NCBI GenBank assembly: GCA_038087875.1
Contig: CM075979.1
Location: forward strand, 5,270,001-5,334,000
Length of the DNA: 64,000 bases
Reading direction: 5' to 3'
Source of the DNA: Malacoraja senta
Lineage: Eukaryota
Numbering within the stretch: the stretch's first letter is position 1; each line of letters starts with the position of its first letter. The notes under the pieces are model-generated. The model was not told where the DNA came from. It saw only the letters and a program-made list of their open reading frames with translations, and searched no databases. Shown in pieces: positions 12,871 to 24,800 of the stretch. The position numbers and the translations under genes were made by a program.

Positions 12871-15800
12871 CTGTAATTAATGAATAACAATTTAATTTTA
12901 ATCACAAACCATGATATGATTAGAAGCATAATGCATCCTCTTTATATTCCACTTGCAACCTCGCTCTACTGGGGCGCGACTGAATGTATCAGGAATCTAA
13001 CCTCACACAAAATAATTAGACGTTTCATTGAGTCTAGCCCTCACCTGTAATATAACATAGGAACAACTGCATCGAGACAGCAGGAATGAAACCCACACCC
13101 ATCCCTTGGACCAGACATTATATTATTGGTGGCCTGGTGCCCAATGACCACGCTTTACAGTGGAAGGCAGTGCCCCAACAATCTCAACCCTAGTTTCACT
13201 TTGGTGAATATCTTGGTCCTCCCCCTGAAGATCAAGGCAATCACTGAACTGAAACTAGTTAACAATTCTAAAATCTGTGACATGTGAGACTAACGCTAAA
13301 CTATTTAATATATTAATCTTCTGTTGCACTAATCACAAGTATTGAACGGGATTAATTGAATGATTAGAGATACAGCGTGGAAACACCGAGTCCACGCCGG
13401 CCAGCGATCCACGTACACTAACGCTACCCTGCACACACGAGGGTCAATTTACCAATGCCAATTAACCTACAAACCTGTACGATTTTGGAGTGTGGGAGGA
13501 AACAGGAGCACCCGGAGAAAACCCACACAAGTCATGGGTAAAACGTACAAACTCCATACAGACAGCATCTGTAGTCAGAATCTAACCCAGGTCTCTGGTG
13601 CTGTAAGGGAGCACCTCTACTGCCGCCACAGTGCGGCCCCCCCATGTCCAAATTTACCTTTTAGTTATTCTGTATCCCTATCAGTGTACACTGTGCTGGA
13701 CTGATAGCCACAGCATTACCACCCTTAGCATTAGGTAATACTCTGGAACAGCTGTGTCTCTTATTTTGATGGCGGTTGGACATATGCTTCAAATTATAAA
13801 AGTTGCTGGCATGAGAAAAAAATGATGGATTACTATGTGCACAACTCCTGGGATTGTGTCACTTGGGCAATTTCTGAAGATTTTATGGCAGCTCTATCAA
13901 TTTTCCAAGGCCGATATTGAGACATGTAAACATTTTGTCGGCCTTCAAATGGCTAGGAAGCAAATTGGAGGACGTTGAGGTGGTATAAGGAACACATCAA
14001 CTTGACTCTGTTGGCCATTTTTTTTGTTTAATCGTAAGCCATTAAACCTCCGTTCCAGGATTTATATAAATACCCAAGGTTGATACATTGGTATGTGGAA
14101 TCTGGTTCATGGAATATGTAATTAAGAAAAAAAATATTCTCTAGATGGGAGGATAAACACAAAAAATCTAAAGGCTGAATTTGATATATCCTATAACATT
14201 AAGATAAAAGAAAAGGAATTCTGCATTTGTCATTTTTGGAATGCTTTAATTAATCTGATAAAGTGCTTATATATATATATGTAATATCTGTTTTTAGTTT
14301 ACAAAAACCTTGAGCAAAACAGTAACCACAAAACTTCCTAATTAGATAGGAGATACAAGAGACTGCAGAAGCTGGAATCTGTAGCGAAAAGAAAATGAAC
14401 AGCGGGAGGAACTCAGCTGCACAGGCAGCTTCTGTGGAGGGAAATGGATAAGTGTCATTCTGGGTTGGGAGCCTTCATCTACAATGAAAGAGTAAAGGGA
14501 AGTATCTAGCAAGCAATCAGTGGATACAGGTGAGAAGTGAATTAATTGGCAGATATCAATAGTTGGAGAGAGAAGGAGAGATAGCAACAGTCTAGGAGAT
14601 GAGTGCTGTAACAATCTACAATCACTCATCCTTATTCAATTCCGCTCTTCACCTTCCTTTAGTGTAAGATTACACAATCAGCAACATTTTTGCTCTTCAC
14701 TTATAACCCTACAGAAACTGTGGCTAACTCCACTCTTCCTTCTCCCATCTGATTTATCAGCCAATCAACTCTTCCTCATCTGTATCCACCCATCGCATGT
14801 TTGTTCATGTTCCCCCCCCCCCCCCCCCCCATCCCCTTTATACTAGTTACTTCCCTTCCATTCTTTCAGATGAACTGAAATGTGTCCATTTCACTCCACT
14901 GCGTGACCTGCTGACTTCCTCCACTGCTCTCTGTTTTCTCTTTATCTCCCTGACGGGAGTAAAGGATACCTTAATGTGCCCCTGAGGTTACAGTCCTGTG
15001 GCATTGCAGTAGAATTGGGTGAAATTGATTTACCATAAATATTATTCTTTTGACAACCGCGAAATACTTACTTGAATGGATTTTGCCGAAGTCCAAGACG
15101 TCCAGAATGTGCATGTTTCATCAGACTGCGCCGTTCGTTTGTTGTTAGACCCAAGTACAAAATCTAGATGGGAAAAAAAAATTAAGCTGTCTGGCTATTT
15201 TTTAAATTTGAACCATAATTTTTAAAAACACATGAAATAAAAATGATGATTAAATTGTTTCGATAAGTAACTGTAATGTCTAGTTTGCGATTCAGCATTT
15301 GATGTTACCCCCTGTACTCTTAACACAGTAAACTTGATCTTAATTCTACAACTTTAGCAGTCTTGCCAAACAAAGAACAGGCACACTCATACATACATTG
15401 CCAGCAGTCAGCAGAGCCAGATCAAGAGAATTGTCAGGATTGAGCAGGCTTGGCAGAATCCTGTAATCCCGAGCACTTAAACCATTCAAAGCACAGACTT
15501 AACCCAAAATGTTCATGACAGAAGACATTTTTTCACAGGCTGCTTCATTGAGTTGGTGCACATTAACTGTGTAAACATTACAAGCTGCACAAAAAATAAA
15601 TACACAGCAAATATGTAATTGATAAACAATATTCTCTGAGAGAGAGTATTTTAAAGAGAAAACAAAGTTCTGCTTTTTCCAAAGGCTGATCCAGCTAAGA
15701 CTTGTTCAACGATGTAAATAGCGGAGTCAGGGGATATGGGGAGAAGGCAGGAACGGGGTACTGATTGGGGATGATCAGCTATGATCACATTGAATGGCGG

Positions 15801-18800
15801 TGCTGGCTCGAAGGGCCAAATGGCCTACTCCTGCACCTATTGTCTATTGTAATGCACAAGTAGTCTTCCAATCGCCGTTTTTGGGATGCCGTTTAGCAGG
15901 AACCAGAGGATAACTTCTCACATAATTGCAGTAGAATGGTTTTAAAGAAAACCATAGTCTACAAAGAACAGATTACTTCCATAAATATATAACACGTGCA
16001 TTACTGCACGCCAGAATTCTCAGGTGATCATTTATGGCAAGGGGGATGGTCGTGCACAACGTTCCCCATCTTCCTCAGGTCTACCGGACATGGCCTGCAG
16101 CGGCACAAAGTGGTAGAGCAGCAGCAGAAGACACTAACAACTTTGCTTGGCCAGGCCAACCCTGCAACATCGCCAGGACAACGGGCCTTTACGACCATCT
16201 TAAGAACCCTATATTTATAACAACTTGGACTTGAATCATGAAATATTATGGCCACTTTTGTATGCTGTCTCAATGTACTATATTACTATCAACTTGTGCT
16301 CAACTAAGATTGTGCTTATGTAGAGTGATACCTTCACTGAACTGTAAGCAAAAGGCATTTCACTGTCCCTCATTGCATGTGACCGCTGCACCATTGCATT
16401 TGCCCCCTTCCCTCCGCCCCACCGTGAAACAGGACATGTTTAGCATAGCACAAAGTTATTTCCAAGGGTCATTCAGAAGCAAGACTATTACCTGATAGAG
16501 CTGGTTTAATAACAGAAAAGTAACCCATGAGGAATGGAATATCACGAGGAGAAAAATCCAAACTATCCACGGAGAACATGAAATAATTTGGGTCAGGAGT
16601 GCCCATAATCCATCCTTCTCGTAGCTGGTTGGACAATGCGAGGACCAATCTACAAGAGTGAAAGAAAAAGATTACTTCCTAGAATGCACCGTGTCCAAAA
16701 TGCTTGAATGCAATCATCCAAATGTAGTAGTTAATGGAACAGACTAATTATTGGACAGACAGTGCTACTGTAAATTATGAATTATTTATTTAAAGTTTTA
16801 TTTTATTTTAATACTGACAATTAGGATCTGTGCCTATAGCTGGCTGGCTCAGGGAAACTAATGTTATTGAGGCAAATCCCACTTGCTGGAGATAGACACA
16901 AAATGCTGGAGTAGCTCAACGGCACGCGCAGCATCCTTGGAGAGAAGGAATTGGTGACATTTCGGGTCGACCCATTCCTTCTCTCCAGAGATGCTGCCTG
17001 TATCCGCTGAGTTACTCTAGCATTTTGTGTCTGTCTTCGGTGCAAACCAGCACCTGCAGTTCTTTCCGACCCACTTGCTGAAGACTCCATGGTCGTGGTC
17101 AAGATTCCAAGAATAAGGGTTTTGTCATTCAGGAAGGGGAAGAAGAAAAATGGGATGCAAATTATTGGATTTCTCCAATTATGACTATTTGCAAAGGTTT
17201 AAGAGACAGATAGATTAATGAGAACAAAATAAATAATAATAATAATAATTCATTTTATTTACTGGCGCCTTTCTAAAACCCAAGGACACCTTACAAGGCA
17301 TAGAATCACAAAAATACAAAACACATAATCGGAGTAAATTAAATATAAAAACACCACAGTACACAAATCAAGGACAGAATTCAAGTACAAAAGAACAAAA
17401 AGAAAATAAGAAACACAATTTGAAAACGAAAGGATATGGATATGGATAGAACAGTAATCCAGGGTTTAAATAACCAGTCACAAACTGTTGGGGTAAATTT
17501 CGGAACCCGAGAGGATGTCGGGATACTTGACAATGTGGGCACTGCAACATGCTTACTGAACATTAATTTTGTTGGCTTAAATGTCAAGTAGAGAATGGTG
17601 CATAGCTAAGTCGTAAGGCCAGATGCTGAACGCCTGAAATAGCCAAAATATATACGGCTGAGCCACTATAAATGAAAAACATGACAAAGTTGCTAAGTCC
17701 CTCACTGGTCCCTCACCCAGATAATGTAAACCCCTGCCATTGTCTGATAATAAAATATATATATAAACCAGTTGTAAGGATCATACAGACTGTGGGATCT
17801 TGACTCTTCTCCCACAGCTCTGTTAGCAATAAAGTTGCTGCTTTTCTCCTTCTCAGGTCTCAGTGAATATTTTGACAGGGCAGGCTTGAGAAGTCATATG
17901 ACCAACTCCTCCTCCTCCTGTATCTTATTCCCTCACTCAAATATTCTTTTGATCTGATCAACTCAGTAGAATTATTGTCCAAATATCCAACAGTATATTC
18001 ATCAACTGATTAATAAACCCAAAGTTAAATTAAAACAGTAAATGCAATGAAATTATTCATTCATTATCGTTGAAAACATTACTGATGCAGTGGTGCTGGT
18101 TTGCAACGGGAACGGTGACGGACGCACCACATATCTCTGTCCTCCAGTTCCTGTGGACTTCTGCCGCTGGAAGTATAGGATTTTGGTGTGTGTGTGCTTT
18201 ATCATCGTTCCTTACAATGCTATGTACGACTGTGATCGCAACTTCTACTGAAGTGTGGATGGCCATTGGCTCGCGAGAAGCTCATCTGCCCTTTGACAGG
18301 TCTTGTTTTTGGTCCTGCTGGGGGTCCACAGCCCCCTCCACACCTGGCAAACCAGGTGGGGGGGGAGACGGTTTAGTCGCCGACTATCCGACCATGGAGC
18401 AGGGAGCACGGGATTACATGGTACCCGTGGCGAGGGGGGGGAAACTCCCCCCGACCTGACCTGAATAAAATAAATAATTCTAATAGATATGCACCCTAAC
18501 TTCTCTACCAATATTTCTTCATGACACAGGAGGTAACCATTTGCCTCATTGAGTTATACTAGTTCTCAGAGCACACCCATCAGTTCCATACACCCACTTT
18601 ACCTCCCATTTCCTTTCACATGCCAATCAATTCCCTTTGATTCTCCTGTTACTCCCTCATACCAGATGCAATGTACAAGAGCTAATTAACTTAGATTAAA
18701 AATAAAAATCACTTTCAAGAAAGAGAAGTACTAATTACAAATATATTTAAAGAAAGATTAAAAGGTCCCCCTCCAATGCTATGAACCTTTCTATTCATGC

Positions 18801-21800
18801 CCTGAGGAACATGCATAAGGACCATCATCAATTTTGTACACGGAACAAACCAGTCGAGGACACGGGAAGTGTGTTCTTCTTGAGCTAAATCAAACACATT
18901 AGAATATGTGTAGGAAGGAACTGCATATGCTGGTTTAAACCGAAGATAAACACAAAGAGTTGGAGTAACTCAGCGAGGCAGGCAGCATCTATGGAGAGAA
19001 GGAATGGGTGACGCTTTGGGTCGGGACCCCTCTTCAGACCCCCTTCTGTGTCTACATTAGAGTGAGTATTTGTTTGTCATCTAAGCGTGACAATGCTGAT
19101 ATTAGTCATATGGTCCTTTTTGGTAATTTGATAAGAAAATGAATCTTGCACAAATGATGTCATTAAGATTTTTGCCTTTAATGAAAGACAACAGGCACAT
19201 CAACATGCAAGAAAATAGAATTCAATTATATTTTAATATTACAATCTTGCTTTTTGAAAGGCAATGAATAGGACTGCGGAAGAATGTCACTTACACACAA
19301 ATGTTCCATAGCTCATCCAGAGAACGAATGTGAACAGGAAAAACAGGAAGCTAACAAAATATCGCTGATTCCAAGCACCTGTTTTGTTAAAGTAAAAACA
19401 TTCTGTGACAAACGAATTGTAACATTTTGATGTTATCTAAGTGCTATGATACTATCTAAATGGCGTCAAGTTGGGAAAAGGGGAAGCACAACGGGATTTG
19501 GGGGGTCCTTGTACATTAGTTTATGAAAGTAAGCATGCAGGTACAGCAGGCAGTGAAGAAAGCGAATGGCATGTTGGCCTTTATAACAAGAGGAATCGAA
19601 TATAGGAGCAAAGAGGTCCTTCTGCAGTTGTACAGAGCCCTAGTGAGACCACAACTGGAGTATTGTATGCAGTTTTGGTCCCCTAATTTGAGGAAGGACA
19701 TTCTTGCTATTGAGGGAGTGCAGCGTAGGTTTACAAGGTTAATTCCCGGGATGGCGGGACTGTCATATGCTGAGAGAATGGAGCAGCTGGGCTTGTACAC
19801 TCTGAAGTTTAGAAGGATGAGAGGGGATCTCATTGAAACATATAAGATTGTTAAGGGCTTGGACACGCTAGAGGCAGGAAACATGTTCCTGATGTTGGGG
19901 GAGTCCAGAACCAGGGGCCACAGTTTAAGAATAAGGAGTAAGCCATTTAGAACGGAGACGAGGAAACACTTTTTCTCACAGAGAGTGGTGAGTCTGTGTA
20001 ATTCTCTGCCTCAGAGTGCGGTGGAGTCAGGTCCTCTGGATGCTTTCAAGAGAGAGCTAGATAGGGCTCTTAAAAATAGCAGTCAGGGGATATGGGGAGA
20101 AGGCAGGAACGGGGTACTGATTGGGGATGATCAGCCATGATCACATTGAATCGAAGGGCTCGAAGGGCCAAATGGCCTACACCTGCACCTAACTAACTCA
20201 GTTTTCGAAAACAAAATATTTCAAAAAAAAAGCATTTGGATCCAACCCAAAGAACTGGACAACCCAACATTGTATTTCGGTGATAATGAAAACTTGCTAT
20301 ATCTTGGAAGATGAATAAGCAGATGGAGTACTACTTCATTAGAGCACAACTAAAAGGCCCCTGGACTATAAATAGTGAAAAACACACAAGGTGGTTGCAA
20401 TAAAATGGTAACAGAAATTAGAATAGATATACAAATCAAAAAATATATATACACTCTCATTCCTCTGAGATTAGAATTATATTAAATTTAAAATATCGTA
20501 ATCAACGGGGCTGCATCTGCAAATCTTTGTCAAGTTTTGTAGCAAATGACAAGGGAAAGCTGGTTAGAGTGGGTTTGCATTTTGATTTGGGCTGATGAAA
20601 GTAGTTTCACCGGTGCTGCACAGATTCAGCGTTGTGACTACTCAAACCTCCCAAATGATGATTATGAAAGAAAGGCCAAGAGAGGAGAGGAGAGAGATTT
20701 ACTATCGTGGGTCCAGAAACAGAACAATTAAATTCTTACTTGCAGCAGCAACACAACAGGTTTGTAAACACATTGGCAAGACATTCGTGTGAAGAGACAA
20801 AAATTAGACTAGGCTTGAGAAACAAACTGACACTGGATGTCGCATAAACCATACTACAAGAAACTCGAGTGCTTTGGTTCCTTAAATAATAGGATTTTCG
20901 TCTGCATTCTAACTTAGAAATAACTTGCTCACTGCACATTCTTGATATATCCAAGCACAACTGGATTTTAAAGAATAACTATAATTTAGCAATTTATTAA
21001 GTGCAATGAAAAGCAAACAATGCAGATGGTTTGGAGATTAACGTAAAAGGGCATTGGCTACCATTATGCAATCCCCATACAGAAGTGACAAGATCGGCTA
21101 GAAAACCATAATTGAGCTGACCTAACCTTAACCATGACACTACAGTTCAAACAAGACCGGTTCCTGGAAGCATCCACCTTGTAACTCAGGGGTAACGACC
21201 AGTGTAGTTTGATTTATTTAGTCATTCCCTGATAACGAAAATTGCAGCATCTCACTGGTTTCTACTTGAAGGCCAACGGGACATTTTTAGCTTAAATTAT
21301 TTCCGCAACTATCGTTCAGAAGTCCAAGAGCTTGCGGATGATAGTCACTGAGAATGCCTTGTAACAAAAGATGACTCACCAATACAGCTTGCAATCCAAA
21401 CACAATGATGATCATACTTGGCCACACAGCAGTCGCAAATGGGACAGTGCTTAGATCGGAGAGGTTTCCGGACCTGAAAATATTTTAAAGCAAACATTTA
21501 TTTTTGCAAAAATTATGTACAACAGGCATCATAAAGGGAAATAGAAGGATCACAGTTGAAAATTATTACAATCACTAATATGGTTTTGTTGAGCAGTGGT
21601 TTTGTTGAGCAGTGGTATTTTGAGGATAATTACTGCAAAAAGCTAGTAGCACCACATGTGGTTAGGGGTTGAGTCAAATCATATTTGAAAACTCTAAGTC
21701 TTGTTCCCACAAATGCACTTGCTGATGACCATCCGATGAATCTATTTGAAGAGACACACTGGCAGAAGTTCTTTTAGGAAGAAAAATTGCTCTTCCTCTT

Positions 21801-24800
21801 TGATTACTGACTTAATAACGAGTTGTAACTAATTCTGAAGTTTAAACAGGCAAATATTCCATTTTTCTTTTGAGATCAACAGATGTTTGCATATTAAAAG
21901 AATCAAGGGATAAGGTTTAGCACAGGAAAGTGACAAAGTGATAAGAGAGCAGTTATGCCGAAGGCTGATTGGCAACTCCTGCATGTAGTGAAGCTTTCTA
22001 TAGCAGCTGTGTGGTTATGTAACACAGAAACTAGTTGTAATAAATTAGTCATTCATTGTTTATGGTTTTGCATTTTATATTGAAAGAGACATTTGACACT
22101 ATCATTTAATTCCCACTAATAAATCTGACAGTTTATAGTTACAGGATCCAACAGCTTACTCTTCCATTTTCTGAAGATGAGGAAAATACAAGAGCTTAGT
22201 CTTTTTCTGCGTTTCCCTGTTATGATCAATCTAATAAACTGAGCCAACACTACCATAATAGATAAAATGTATAAGAAAGAACTACAGATGCTGGTTTAAA
22301 TCAAAGGTAGACACAAAGTGCTGGAGTAACTCAGCGGGTGAGGCGGCAACTCTGGAGGAAAGGAATGGGCGACATTTCGGGTTGGGACCCTTCTTCAGAC
22401 TGAAGGGTCTCGACCCGAAACGTCTGAAGAAGGGTCTCGACCCGAAACGTCGCCCATTCCTTTACTCCAGAAATGCTGCCTCACCCGCTGAGTTACTCCA
22501 GCACTTTGTGACTACCATAATAGATATTGTGTAAACTAATTAACAGTTCAATCTATTGCATGCAAGTGTATTTGTACATGAGTTAGTATTTGTACGATCC
22601 TAGAACTAACAAAGTGAGGTCAAACAAATAATTTTTAAATGTCATGTTGCTCTAAGATTAAATAAATGGTATGTAGCCAAGGTGCTACTACACAAAGAAA
22701 AACAAGGGAGGGGTACTAAGTGCATGAATGAACATCCTTCACACTGGATTAGGTGAAGGAAGGGAAAGTTTGAATGAAATACAAATCTTGAGAGATAAGC
22801 TAGAGGGGAGGAAAGGCAATTCAACTGCAAAATAATTGTTGCATAAAGTAGAAATTGCCAATATTTAACTTAAAGAGAGTTTTGAAAAAACATTTGCCTC
22901 CATAATAATTGTACTTTTGGATACAAATATAAAATTGCCAATAATTTTGGCAAATTAATTCTGTTGAAGAACCGTTTGTCAGTCAACTGTTTAACAATGA
23001 CACTTACAAGACACAAAGTGCAGAAAATTCTTGGGTCGAGGCAATCTGCTTCTGCAAGTGCGACAACAGTCTGGAAAATAAATTAGGAGCATAAATGTAA
23101 TCAACATTCTAAAACAGATTTCAAACATAACTGTTATAGAATATACATTGCCTACAAGTTATTTTATCTTGTATTAGTTTATTTGGCATTGAATAAAAAT
23201 GTAGAAATATATACTTTCAGGCTGAACGATAAAGGAAAACAGGTTAGCCCCTTTCACATCCGTTTCGGAGGTCAGATATCCTTAAGTACTTTCTGAATTC
23301 TCAGTGTTGAAAATGCTATTATCAATTTGCACATAACAAGGTGCCAGAGAAAAACATGCTAATGATTGGATGGTCTGAATTGATGATGTATTTGCCGCAT
23401 CAAAAGTCTTTGCAGAAAATAAAATCTCAAGGTGGTAACAAATTGGATAGAAGATTGGATGGCCAAAAGGCAAAATAATAGGCACACATGGGTCGTTTAT
23501 GTGTACACCAAAATGTAATGACTGGTTTGCCTTGTAGGGTCAACTTTAAATAAACTAGCTGAATGCTTTGAACAAAGGTGCAAAAGACATGGATGCTAAA
23601 TTTACCGATGACATGAAAAATTGTCATCTCATTACAGGAAGGATGTCGAGGCTTTGGAGAGGATGCTCAAGAGGTTTATCAGGATGATGCTTGGATCAGG
23701 TAGTATTAGCTACAAGAGGTTGGACAAACTTGAGTTGTTTTCTCAGGAAATCCAGAGGTTGTGGGGAGACCTGATAGAAGTATTTTAAATGTTGAAGCAT
23801 AAAGAGAGTAGGCAGTCAGAATCATCTTCACAGGCTGGAAATGTCAAAGACTGGATGGCATAAGAGGGAAAGATAGATCAGCCATGATTGAATGGTGGAG
23901 TGGACTCGGGCTGAATGGCCTAATTCTGCTTCTATGACATGAACTTACGAGTCAACATTTAAAAATATGGGCTCACACATTTAAGATTGTGATGAGGCAA
24001 AACTTTCTCTGCAGTTTGTCAGTCTTGGAAATGCTTCCTCAAAGGGCGGTAAAAGGAGTGTTTATATTTTTTAACATTAAGTAAATGTAGTCTTGCAAAC
24101 CAGGAAGAAGAGATGCTGCAGTGGATGTGAATACAGAGTTGAGGTTTCAAACAGCTATAATCTTATTGAATAGGGGAGCAGATTCCAAGTGACTGATTTG
24201 TCAACACCTGCTCCTAATTTGAATGTTCATATATTCAGTTAAAAGATAAATACTGGGCAGGTGACGTGGCATAATTCACCTATTTTTCCTTGAAATAACA
24301 GCATTGCACCTTGTACATCCAACTAAGTAAACAAACGGCTCTCAGATCAACATCTCGTCCAAATTAATGCACATCTGACCATGTAGCATTTCAACCATAC
24401 TGCACTGAGATGTTGGTGATCAAGACTTGAAACCACAACTTCCTGATTCATACAAGAATGCCACTCAATGAAGCAGCCAATACTGAAAGTAGAACTTACT
24501 CCAACAGTGTAGCTTAAGTCATTAGATTTTTGTTGCATCAATTTGATGTAACACAAATTTGAAGTCATTGGATTGTTGTGGCATCAATTTCATCTGTGGC
24601 AAAGACATAGGTACCAAATCTCTCTGGTCTATTTTCATTTCAATTTACTGTCCGTAAAGTAGTCTTAGATACGATAGGAAAGGTCTTTTCTCCCTCTGCT
24701 ACTTTGGCAGTCCCGTTATTTTAAAGACAAATTACGCATTAAACCAGCAGTCATAATCTTTATATTTTAATGTTAAAAGTCACATTCAATTTTATTTTTA

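Noticed and set aside
17585-17720. Hydrophobic minus-strand frame considered as ZDHHC13 exon 14
   Set aside because: No proper splice sites or NxRYF motif; the true 84-nt exon is at 19295-19378.
19523-20140. 205-aa ORF (also 53241-53825 and 59914-60408) as host genes
   Set aside because: CR1 ORF2 fragments without a complete element.
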